Of a stretch of 64,000 nt of DNA, positions 24,901 to 36,289 are shown in pieces; position 1 is the stretch's first letter; each line of letters opens with the position of its first letter. The stretch covers positions 1,488,001 through 1,552,000 of the forward strand of contig JASTWF010000035.1 in the NCBI GenBank assembly GCA_030390025.1. Reading direction: 5' to 3'. The position numbers and the translations under genes are program-made. The notes beneath the pieces were generated by a model that had not been told where the DNA came from, made no database searches, and saw only the letters and a list, made by a program, of their open reading frames with translations. The stretch is from Squalus acanthias. Taxonomy: Eukaryota.

Positions 24901-26575
24901 CCACTGCATTTTTTGAGATATATAAATGACCTGGATATTGAAACACAGAGTAGGATTTCTAAATTTGCCGATGACACCAAACTTGGGGGTGTGGCAAATA
25001 GTGATGATGATACCAATCGACTGCAACAGGACATAGAAAGGCTAGCAGAATGGGCAGACAAGTGGCAGATGGAATTTAATACAGAGAAGTGTGAGGTGAT
25101 GCATTTTGGCAGCAGGAACAGGGAGAGGCAATATACACTTAATGGCACAGTTTTAAAGAGTGTGCAGGGACAGAGGGACCTGGGAGTTAATGTGCATAGG
25201 TCCCTGAAAGTGGCGGGACATATTGAGAGAGTGGTTAACAAAGCATATGCGATCTTGGGCTTCATAAATAGAGGTATTGAGTACAAAAGTAGAGAAGTTA
25301 TGCTGAACCTTTATAAAGCGCTGGTTAGGCCACAACTGAAGTATTGCGTCCAGTTCTGGTCACCACACTTTAGGAAGGATGTGAAGGCCCTTGAGAGGGT
25401 GCAGAGGAGATTTACCAGAATGGTTCCGGGTATGGGGGATCTTAGCTATAAGGACAGGTTGGAGAAGCTGGATTTGTTTTCATTAGAGCAAAGGAGGTTG
25501 AGGGGTGATTTGATAGAGGTGTACAAGATTATGACGGGTTTAGATGGGCTAGACGGGGAAAGGCTGTTTCCACTTGTTGATGGTACAAGGACTAGAGGAC
25601 ACAGATTTAAGGTTTTGGGCAAGAGATACAGGGGGGACGTGAGGAAAAACTTTTTTATACAGCGAGAGGTGATGACCTGGAACTCGTTGCCGACGGAAGT
25701 GGTGGAGGCGGAGACACTCAATGTTTTCAAGGGGAGACTGGATAGGCACTTGAGGGAAATAAACTTGCAGGGCTACGGGGATAGAGCAGGGGAATGGGAC
25801 TGACTGGATTGCTTTACAGAGAGCCGGCACAGACTCGGTGGGCCGAATGGCCTCCTTCTGTGCTGTTATGACTCTATGACTTATGACTCTATGATCCTTG
25901 GGGTACTGCGCTAGTTACAGCTGCCAACACAAAAATTACCCGTTTATTCCTACTCTCTGTTTTCCGTCGTTAACCAATCCTCAATCCATGCTAGTATATT
26001 ACCCCCAATCCCATGAGCCCTAATTTTATTTAACCTCTTGTGTGGCACCTTATCGAATGCCTTCTGAAAATCCAAATACACCACATCCACTGGTTCCCAC
26101 TTATCTATTCTGCTAGTTACAACCTCAAAAAACAGATTTGTCAAACATGATTTCCCTTTCATAAATCTGTGTTGACTTTGCCCAATCCTATTATTATTTT
26201 CTAAGTGCCCTTTTACCACGTCCTTAATAATAGATTCTAGCATTTTCCCTACTACTGATGTCAGGCTAACTTGTCTGTAGTTCCCCGTTTTCTCTCTCCC
26301 CCCTTTCTTAAATAGTGGGGTTACATTTCCTACCTTCCAATCCGCGGGAACCATTCGAGAATCTATGGAATTTTGGAAAATGACAACCAATGCATCCACT
26401 ATCTCTATAGCCACCTCTTTCAAAACCCTAGGATGTAGGCCATCAGGTCCAGGGGACTTATCAGATTTCAGTCCCATTAATTTCTCCAGTACTATTTTTT
26501 TACTAATACTAATTTCTTTCAGTTCCTCATTCTCGCTAGACCCTTGGTTCTCTACTATTTCCGGGGAGTTTTTTG
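22000..26575. mobile_element. CR1 cluster: degraded + fragment, then a - CR1 (22546-26575) split by a + CR1 (23558-25890)
   Basis: RT motifs on both strands. TSD tgatcc flanks the inner element. Confidence 0.88.
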
Positions 26576-27780
26576 CATCTTCAAGAAAGGTGACCAATCC
26601 GATTGCGGTAATTACAGAAGAGTCTCCCTGCTGTCTGCCACAGGGAAAGTCATCGCAAGAATCCTCCTCAATTGCCTTCTCCCAGTGGCTGAAGAGCTCC
26701 TCCCAGAGTCGCAATTCCACCCACTAAGGGGCACAATGGACATAATCTTCACCGCGCGTCAACTACAAAAGAAATGCATGGAACAGCACCAACCGCTGTA
26801 CATGGCCTTCTTTGACCTCACAAAGGCCTTCAACACCATCAACCGTGAGGGATTATGGAGTGTCCTCCTCAAATTCGGCTGCCCTCAAAAGTTTGTCACC
26901 ATCCTCCGCCTGCTTCACGACGACATGCAAGCCGTGATCCTGACCAACGGATCCACCACAGACCCAATTCACGTACGGATCGGGGTCAAGCAAGGCTGTG
27001 TCATCGCATCAACGCTCTTCTCGATCTTCTTGGCTGCAATGCTCCATCTCACCCTCAGTAAGCTCCCCGCTGGAGTGGAGCTAATCTACAGAACAAACGG
27101 GAAACTGTTCAACCTCCGTCGCCTCCATTCCAGATCCAAGGTCATCCCATCCTCTGTCATCGAATTACAGTATGCAGACGACACTTGCGTCTGCGCACAC
27201 TCTGAGGTCGAACTCCAAACCATCGTCAACACCTTCACCGAAGCGTACAAAAGCATAGGCCTTACACTAAACATCCATAAGACAAAGGTCCTCTACCAAC
27301 CTGCCCCCGCCACACAGTACTGCTCCCCGATTATCAAAATCCATGACAAGGCCTTGGACAACGTGGACCACTTTCCACATCTCGGGAGCCTACTGTCAAC
27401 AAGGACAGACATCGATGACGAAGTTCAGCACCACCTTCAGTGTGCCAGTGCAGCCTTCGGTCGCCTGAGGAAGACAGTGTTTGAAGACCAGGACCTCAAA
27501 CCCAGCATCAAGCTCATGGTGTACAGAGCAGTAGTGATACCCGCCCTCCTGTCTGCTTCAGAGACATGGACCATGTACAGCAGGCACCTCAAAGTACTGG
27601 AGAGGTACCACCAATGCTGCCTCCGCAAGATCCTGTAAATCCATTAGCAGGATAGGCGCACCAACGTCAGTGTTCTTGCTCAGGCCAACATCCCTACCAT
27701 CGAAGCTTTGACCACGCTCGATCAGCTCCGATGGACGGGCCACATCGTCCGCATGCCCGATACGAGACTCCCAAAACAAG
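26574..27780 (+). mobile_element. RTE-clade (BovB-like) LINE RT fragment
   Basis: KKGD..DCGNYR.VSLLS..GK, RGTMDIIFTARQLQ, FFDLTKAF, GVKQGCVI, LQYADD. Related fragments at about 30972-31125 and 58890-59172 (gaa tail). Confidence 0.88.
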
Positions 27781-27899
27781 TTACCAAAAAAGTACTTCAG
27801 CACCAGCCAGACCATTCACTGTAGACTATGGAAACTTTAAACAAGTATGGAAAAGGACCCAAAATGTGTAGAATTGCAGCAACAGCCAGAAAAAATAAT

Positions 27900-28090
27900 C
27901 CAGCAACTAAACTCGAAGTAGTTTAGATCACTTTAAATAGCGCTGGTGGAGGTCCTTCATTTTGTTTAACGTGTGTTCAGCTGTGCGAGGTTAAGGCAAG
28001 GCGTAGGCTGGAGCAGGGAGTTCGAAAATGGCAGTACTAGTGTCAAATCAGCGTTGCACACTGATTGACATCGTGATCTGCCTGCTCCCG
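27900..28090 (+). mobile_element. Old Harbinger-end-like fragment
   Basis: tttaaatagcgct and gcgttgcacactgattgacatcgtgatctgcc resemble the right end of the family-1 MITEs. Confidence 0.4.
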
Positions 28091-28159
28091 TGAATGAATA
28101 AACAAAAATAAAAACTGATTTTTAATCCAGTTTTTTGTCCTCTCCCTAATTAGTGTTTA

Positions 28160-28661
28160 GAAGTTCTCTTCAGAGAAGAGAAGATTAAGGGGAGATTAAA
28201 TAGAGGCATTTAAAATCATGAACAGTTTTGATAGTGTAAATAAGGAGAAACAGTTTCCAGTGGCAGGAAGGGCGCTAACCAGAGGACACAGATTTAAGCT
28301 AATTGGCAAAAGAGCCAGAGGCGAGAGGAGAAGAATATTTTTTACACAGCGAGTTGTTATGATCTGGAATACACTGCCTGAAAGGGTGGTGGAAGCTGAT
28401 TCAATAGTAATTTTGAAATGGTATATAGAGTTAGGCCACAGATCAGCCACGATCTCATTGAATGGCGGAACAGGCTCGATGGGCTAAATGGCCTCCTCCT
28501 GTCCTTATGTTCAAAAGGTAATTGGATAAATACTTGAAAAGGAGAAAATTGCAGGGCTATGGGGAAAGAGCAAGGGAGATAAACCAATTGGATAGCTCTT
28601 CCAAAGAGCCGGCACAGGCACGAGGGGCCGAACGGCCTCCTTCGGTGCTGTAAGGCTCTAT
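28160..28661 (+). mobile_element. CR1 3' end
   Basis: TRGHRFKL...FFTQRVV..WN, 3'UTR hairpin and ctatg tail, into which the MITE is inserted. Confidence 0.85.
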
Positions 28662-29516
28662 GGGGGAGAAATTCAGTATCGCCCGGTTTGGGGCGCAATT
28701 ATCGGCCGGGCGCAAAGTTTAGCGCCTGGCGCTAATTATCGCCTCCGACTGCAAACTTGGCTTCTATCGCCCCTGGAGGTGATTGGAGCGCTAAATCAGG
28801 CGCTACACACCTCTCTTAAGGCGCTAACGCCGAGGAGCGAGGTGCTACCTCAGAGCGCTGGCGAAGCTCATGTGATGTCAGTCAGCAATGGAACACAGAC
28901 ACACTGGCGCCTTCCAGTTCTTAAAGGGGAGGGTCGATCTTGCTCTCCATCCACACCCTGCGCATTGCAGCCTTGAATCTCGGCCTAGAGAGACCTGTAC
29001 ATCAAATCTGCTGGAAAGAACAATGGAGAGGCCCAGGGAAAGAGCTCAGAGTGCAGCCCCCACAGTCTCTTCTAAATTGATGCATGGAAGGTCAAATCAA
29101 AATGAACCTGCAAAGTGCTGCTCAGTACCCAAAACTCCTTCACACAGCGTTGAATCTCTCCAGAAGTCTCACTCTCTCTCTCAGAATGCGTGGTGCAAAA
29201 ATGTCGCCGACATAAAAAGGCAAGAAATGGTCGCCTTTAAATAGCGCTCCCGCAGTCCCTTCCTGACTGCAAAACGCTCCCCTCAACCTGTCGTTGCTAG
29301 CGGCAGGCAGAAAGGTAGGGGGCGCCACTCAATGTCCGGTCCGGGGCGCTACTGGGGCGTTGCACGCTCGACTGACGTCACGATCTGCCACAAAATGTCT
29401 GATCAATTTCGCGAGCGGAGCAAACATTGCCGCACCTGGGCGCTAGTTGCTTTGCGCCCCATTAGCGCCCTCTTAGGGCGCTAATGGGAGGCGCAAAGCA
29501 ACCGAATTTCCCCCCC
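28662..29516 (+). mobile_element. Non-autonomous Harbinger family-1 MITE
   Basis: TAT|GGGGGAGAAATTC...GAATTTCCCCCCC|TAT. Collinear with 3733-4624. Confidence 0.93.
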
Positions 29517-29589
29517 TATGATTCTAAGTGTAATTGTTCTTAAATATTAGCAGCGACGGCGGCAGAGCGGACCTAGGAGGAGCGGCGAG

Positions 29590-32500
29590 GCAGCGGCATA
29601 TAAAGGGAGCCCGAGGCGATGGTTCTTCTGGGGAGTGCAGCCAGAGCCAAGTCCACAGCACCATGGAAGGCTCAGCTGCACAGGGGGGGAGGGGGGGGAA
29701 GAGGAGAGGGAGAGCAATAGTGATAGGGGATTCAATAGTTAGGGGAGCAGACAGGCATTTCTGCGGCCGCAGACGTGACGCCAGGATAGTATGTTGCCTC
29801 CCTGGTTCCAGGGTCAAGGATGTCACTGAACGGCTGCAGGGCATTCTGAGGGGGGAGGGTGAACAGCCAGAGGTCATGGTCCATATTGGTACCAACGGGA
29901 TAAGTAGAAAGAGGGAGGAGGTCCTGCAGGCAGAATTTAGGGAGCAAGGAAAGAGGTTAAAAGGCAGGACCTCAAAGGTAGTAATCTCCAGATTGTTACC
30001 AGTGCCACGTGCTAGTGAGTACAGAAATAGGAAGATAGAGCAGATGAATGTGTGGCTGGAGAGATGGTGCAGGAGCGAGGGCTTTAGATTCCTGAGGAAT
30101 TGGAACCGTTTCTGGGGGAGGTGGGACCTCTACAAGCCGGACGGGTTGCACCTCAATGGGAACGGCGGGGGGGGCGGGTTGCTAGTGTTGTTGGGGAGGG
30201 TTTAAACTAGCTTGGCAACTGTAATGGCAACAGGGGGATGGGAACCTGAGGGTAGAATCAGAAGGGAGAAAAGGTAAGCTGGAAATAGATGATAGGGGTT
30301 CAGGTAAAGGGGTATTTAGGAAGGCAAAGAGAAAGGAGAAGGCAATAGTGCAGGGCAACGACAGGGGTAATGATAACCAGAATGTATCAGGAAGGGGCAG
30401 AGCGTACAAGCATAAGAGTGCACCAGAAAATAGAGCCAGAGTAAGGAAAAATGATAAGGTAAAATTAAAGGCTCTTTATCTGAATGCACGCAGCATTCGT
30501 AACAAGATAGATGAGTTGACGGCACAAATAGAAATAAATAGGTATGATCTGATAGCCATTACAGAGACGTGGTTGCAAGGTGACCAAGGCTGGGAACTGA
30601 AAATTCAGGGGTATTTGACATTTCGGAAGGATAGGCAGAAAGGAAAAGGAGGTGGGGTAACTCTGTTAATAAAGGATGAGATCACTGCAGTGGTGAGGAA
30701 TGATATTGGCTCAGAAGTTCAAGATGCAGAATCAATTTGAGTAGAGATAAGAAATAGTAAGGGTAAGAAGTCATTGGTGGGAGTAGTATATAGGCCCCCT
30801 AACAGTAGCTATACTGTAGGACAGAGTATAAATCAAGAAATAATGGGGACTTGTAACAAAAGGTACTGCAATAATCATGGACTATTTTAATCATCATATA
30901 GATTGGACAAATCAAATTGGCTAGGGTAGCCTTGAGGACGAGTTCATAGAGTGTATTCGGGATGGTTTCTTAGAAGACCAGGACCTCAAACCCAGCACCA
31001 AGCTCATGGTCTACAGAGCAGTAGTGATACCCGCCCTCCTGTATGCTTCAGAGACATGGACCATGTACAGCAGGCACCTCAAAGCACCGGAGAGGTACCA
31101 CCAACACTGCCTCCACAAGATCCGCAAGAGGTCAATCATCACAGCCCCAGGACATCGCTGCAGGAGTTCCTCAGGGCAGTGTCCTAGGCCCAACCATCTT
31201 CAGCTGCTTCATCAATGACCTTCCCTCCAACATAAGGTCAGAAATGTGGATGTTCGCTGATGACTGCACAGTGTTCAGTGACATTCGTAACTCCTCAGAT
31301 AATGAAGCAGTCCATGCCCGCATGCAACAAGACCTGGACGACATTCAGGTTTGGGCTAAAAAGTGTCAGGTAACATTCACTCCATACAAGTTCCAGGCAA
31401 TGACTATCTCCAACAAGCGAGAGTCTAACCACCGCCCCTTGACATTCAACAGCATTACCATCGCCGAATTCCCCACTATCAACATCCTGGGGGTCACCAT
31501 TGACCAGAAACTTAATTGGACCAGCCACATAAATACTGTGGCAACAAGAGCAGGTCAGAGGCTGGGTATTCTGCGGCGAGTGTCTCACCTCCTGACTCCC
31601 CAAAGCCTTTCCACCATCTACAAGGCACAAGTAAGGAGTGTGATGGAATACTCTCCACTTGCCTGGATGAGTGCAGCTCCAACAACACTCAAGAAGTTCG
31701 ACACCATCCAGGAAAGAGCAGCCCACTTGATTGGCACCCCATCCACCACCTTCACTCCCTTCACCACTGGCGTACCGTGCCTGCAGTGTGTACCATCTAC
31801 AAGATGCACTGCAGCAACTCCCCAAGGCTCCTTCGGCAGCACCTCCCAAACCTGCGACCTCTACCACCTAGAAGGACAAGGGCACCACCACCTCCAAGTT
31901 CCCCTCCAAGTCACACACCATCCTGACTTGGGAGTATATCGCCGATCCTTCATCGTCGCTGGGTCAAAATCCTGGAACTCCCTCCCTAACAGCACTGTGG
32001 GAGTACCTTCACCACACGGACTGCAGCAGTTCAAGATGGCAGCTCACCACCACCTTCTCAAGGGCAATTAGGGATTGGCAATAAATGCTGGCCTTGCCAG
32101 CAACACCCAGATCCCATGAACGAATTTTTAAAAAAAAATTGGAATCAAAGATTGGCCGACAAAACTGTAATTGAACAATGGGCTGCCTTTAAAGAGGAGA
32201 TGGTTCAGATGCAGTTGAGGTACATTCCCACGAGGGGGAAAGGTAGGGCATCCAAAGCCAGAGATCCCTGGATGATGAAAGAGATAGAGAGTAAGATAAA
32301 GCAGAAAAAAGGGGCGTATGACAGATGTCAGGTTGAGAATACAAGTGAGAACCAGGCTGAATACAGAAAGTTCAGAGGGGAAGTGAAAAGGAAAATAATA
32401 GGGGCAAAGAGGGAGTATGAGAATAGACTGGCACCTAACATAAAAAGAAATCCAAAAGTCTTCTATAGGCATATAAATAGTAAACGGGTAGTAAGAGAAG

Positions 32501-32920
32501 CGGTGGGGCCGATTAGGGACCAGAAAGGAAAGCGACGCATGGAGGCAGAGGGCATGGCTGAGGTACTAAATCAGTACTTTACATTTGTCTTTACCAAGGA
32601 AGAAGATGCTGCCAAAGTCATAGTGAAAGAGAGGTAGTTGAGATTTTGGATGGGATAACAATTGATAAAGAGGAGGTATTAGAAAGGCTGGCTTTACTTA
32701 ATGTTGATAAGTCACCGGGACCGGATGGGATGCATCCGAGGATGCTGAGGGAAGTGAAGGTAGAAATTGCGGAGGTAGTGGCCATAATTTTCCAATCCTC
32801 CTTAGATACGGGGGTGGTGCCAGAGGACTGTAGAATTGCAAATTGCTCAAGTGCAGGGTAAATCCCGACACGGACTGGGTCGGCCGAATGGCCTGTTTCC
32901 ATGTTGTAATTTCTATGTCG
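29590..32920 (+). mobile_element. LINE mosaic: CR1 ORF1/ORF2 start (29590-30970), RTE fragment, LINE family B 3' end (31125-32130), CR1 fragment
   Basis: GDSIVRG/HIGTN/DGLHLN esterase, YLNARSIRNK APE start, family B RT and tail, KSPGPDG fragment. Confidence 0.85.
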
Positions 32921-32966
32921 GTCATTTATTGCTTTCAGTCAGTTAGCTGCTGTGCTCATTACTCAC

Positions 32967-33141
32967 CCTCTGTGAACGCTGAAGATGCTCAGTCAGGGTT
33001 AACTCAGGGGAGGTTTTTCTGACTCCACACCTACTTGGCACTGACTTGAGATCTTCAGGTCTGTATATCAAATGTCGTCCAAGTTTATCTCCCTCGAGAT
33101 GTTCAATGACGTAAGTTCGATTACTGAGAACAACCAAAGCA
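32967..33141 (-). CDS. ADAM metalloprotease prodomain exon with cysteine switch, 175 bp
   Basis: ccctttctctcctccAG|exon|GTgagt. Translates ALVVLSNRTYVIEHLEGDKLGRHLIYRPEDLKSVPSRCGVRKTSPELTLTEHLQRSQR (within ORF 32943..33344). PSRCGV is cysteine-switch-like. Phase 2 to phase 0. Confidence 0.93.
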
Positions 33142-33227
33142 CTGGAGGAGAGAAAGGGAACACTTAATGTTAACCCTAACTCTGCTGAATAGGAAGTAAG
33201 TCTGTCGTTACATATTGAGTAACTCAT

Positions 33228-33976
33228 GCCCTGCTGAATAAATAATTTCCCAGCAGTTACACAGTGAGTAACCCTTACCCTGCTGAATAAACACTTCCCA
33301 GTACAGTTACACAGTGAGTAACCCTCACCCTGCTGAATAAACACTTCCCAGTACAGTTACACAGTGGGTAACCCTTACCCTGCTGAATAAACACTTCCCA
33401 GTACAGTTACACAGTGGGTAACCCTTGCCCTGCTGAATAAACACTTCCCAGTACAGTTACAGTGAGTAACCCTTGCCCTGCTGAATAAACACTTCCCAGT
33501 ACAGTTACACAGTGAGTAACCCTTACCCTGCTGAATAAACACTTCCCAGTACAGTTACACAGTGAGTAACCCTTACCCTGCTGAATAAACAATTCCCAGT
33601 ACAGTTACACAGTGAGTAATCCTTACCCTGCTGAATAAACACTTCCCAGTACAGTTACACAGTGGGTAACCCTTACCCTGCTGAATAAACACTTCCCAGT
33701 ACACTTACACAGTGAGTAACCCTTACCCTGCTGAATAAACAATTCCCAGTACAGTTACAGTGAGTAACCCTTACCCTGATTAATAAACACTTCCCAGTAC
33801 AGTTACACAGTGAGTAACCCTTACCCTGATTAATAAACACTTCCCAGTATAGTTACACAGTGAGTGACCCTTACCCTGCTGAATAAACAATTCCCAGTAC
33901 AGTTACACAGTGAGTAACCCTAACCCTGCTGAATAAACACTTCCCAGTACAGTTACACAGGGAGTAACCCTTACCC
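33228..33976. repeat. 50-bp minisatellite, about 15 copies, filling a 933-bp ADAM intron
   Basis: Unit ccctgctgaataaacacttcccagtacagttacacagtgagtaaccctta, period 50 (some 48). Confidence 0.95.
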
Positions 33977-34074
33977 AACTGAACTAACACACTACAGATT
34001 TAAGATTTTAATATTTAAGCCCTGGTTTCACTAAAATGAGTAACAATCTGATAGAAAATTGCCAGCCTTTTTAC

Positions 34075-34151
34075 CTGAGTCCTGAGCAGGTGCTCGCAGA
34101 GACCTGGGATCCGGGAAATCTTCTGACGGAGCCCTCATAGTAACAGTGATT
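34075..34151 (-). CDS. ADAM metalloprotease prodomain exon, 77 bp
   Basis: tcatcttctcacAG|exon|GTaaaa. Translates NHCYYEGSVRRFPGSQVSASTCSGL(S), the diagnostic ADAM 'HCYY.G....S....STC.GL' motif. Phase 0 to phase 2. Confidence 0.93.
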
Positions 34152-34289
34152 CTGTGAGAAGATGATGAAACCTCAGCAGAAAACTTCCTGCTACTTATAA
34201 CATCCTAAGAGAACTCATTAACAAGAGTTCTTCCAAATATAAAATGGCATTACCAGCAAGGAAGAAATGTAACAAAGACATGGAGAGAG

Positions 34290-36065
34290 TCTCATAGAGA
34301 GGAGACCGGGGACTGAAGATTCGCTGACGCTGGGAGAGGGTCCCACAGGGAGAAGGGGGTGGGGTGAAGATTCACTGACACTGGGAGAGAGACCCACAGG
34401 GAGAAACATAATTTAATAGGACAAAGTCAGCATGGCTTTATGAAGGGGAAGTCATGTCTGACAAATTTGCTCGAGTTCTTTGAGGACATAACTTACAGGG
34501 TGGATAAAGGGGAACCAGTGGATGTAGTGTATTTAGACTTCCAGAAGGCATTCGACAAGGTGCCACATAAAAGATTATTACTCAAGATAAAAAATCACTG
34601 GATTGGGGGTAATATTCTGGCATGGGTGGAGGATTGGTTATCTAACAGGAAGCAGAGAGTTGGGATAAATGGTTCATTCTCGGACTGGCAACCAGTAGCC
34701 AGTGGTGTTCCGCAGGGGTCGGTGCTGGGTCCCCAACTCTTTACAATCTATATTAACGATTTGGAGGAGGGGACCGAGTGTAACATATCAAAGTTTGCAG
34801 ATGATACAAAGATGGAGGGAAAGTAGAAAGTGAGGAGGACATAAAAAACCTACAAGGGGATATAGACAGGCTGGGTGAGTGAGCAGAGATTTGGCAGATG
34901 CAATACAATATTGGAAAATGTGAGGTTATGCACTTTGGCAGGAAAAATCAGAGAGCAAGTTATTATCTTAATGGCGAGAAACTGGAAAGTACTGCAGTAC
35001 AAAGGGATCTGGGGGTCTTGGTGCAAGAAAATCAAAAAGTTAGTATGCAGGTGCAGCAGGTGATCAAGAAAGCCAATGGAATGTTGGCTTTTATTGCTAG
35101 GGGGACAGAATATAAAAACAGGGAGGTATTGCTGCAGTTGTATAGGGTATTGGTGAGACCGCACCTGGAGTACTGCATACAGTTTTGGTGTCCATACTTA
35201 AGAAAAGACATACTTGCTCTCGAGGCAGTACAAAGAAGGTTCACTCGGTTAATTCCGGGGATGAGGGGGTGGACATACGAGGAGAGGTTGAGTAGATTGG
35301 GACTCTACTCATTGGAGTTCAGAAGAATGAGAGGCGATCTTATTGAAACATATAAGATTGTGAAGGGGCTTGATCGGGTGGACGCGGTGAGGATGTTCCC
35401 AATGATGGGTGAAACTAGAACTAGGGGACATAATCTTAGAATAAGGGGCTCCTCTTTCAAAACTGAGATGAGGAGAAACTTTTTCACTCAGAGGGTAGTG
35501 GGTCTGTCGCATTTGCTACCCCAGGAAGCTGTGGAAGCTACTTCATTAAATAAATTTAAAACAGAAATAGACCGTTTCCTAGAAGTAAAGGGAATCAGGG
35601 GTTACGGGGAGCGGGCTGGAAATTGGACATGAGTTTGAGTTCGGATCGGTCAAGGCCCTGTGGGTGGCGGAGCGGGCCCAGGGGCCGAGTGGCCTGGTCC
35701 TGCTCCTACTTCTTCTGTTCTTTAGAGTTGAGGTTGGATCAGATCAGCCATGATCTCATTGAATGGCGGAGCAGGCGCGAGGGGCCGATTGGTCTACTCC
35801 TGCTCCTATTTCTTATGTTCTTATATTCTTATGGGTGGGAGTGAAGACTCACTGACACTGGGAGAGGGTCCCACAGGGAGAAGGGTGGGGAGTGAAGATT
35901 CGCTGACACTGGGAGAGAGACCCACAGGGAGAAGGGGGTGGGGCGAAGATTCGCTGACACTGGGAGAGGGTCCCACAGGGAGAAGGGGGTGGGGTGAAGA
36001 TTTGCTGACACTGGGAGAGAGACCCACAGGGAAGGGAAGGGGGGGAGGTGTAAATACTCGCTGAC
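34290..36065 (+). mobile_element. CR1 RT 3' part (about 34406-35833) inserted in a 51-bp minisatellite
   Basis: RT ORFs 34440 and 34898. The unit gaagattcgctgacactgggagagggtcccacagggagaagggggtggggt occurs on both sides. Confidence 0.88.
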
Positions 36066-36289
36066 AGTGGACCCTCATAGTGGCCCCTGTCCCCAGAACC
36101 ATGCTCCGTAGTTACTGTTGAGACTAGCCATTGTGTAAGGGCTGAGTCAGTATTCTCTCTGATATTAATGCGACGTTTGATGTGTTAATGCAGGCTGCTG
36201 TTCTCTATTCTGATACACAGCAGCAGGCCACAGGGACAGGACTGTTAGTACAGGCGTAAAATAAGGAGCAAGTCATGATAAAGGAGGTA

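Noticed and set aside
29534..30205. Host GDSL/SGNH lipase
   Set aside because: It is the CR1 ORF1 esterase, followed directly by the ORF2 endonuclease, with several copies in the window.
33228..33976. CRISPR-like array or telomeric repeat
   Set aside because: The units are contiguous with no unique spacers, there are no cas genes, the context is a eukaryotic intron, and it is not (TTAGGG)n. It is a minisatellite.
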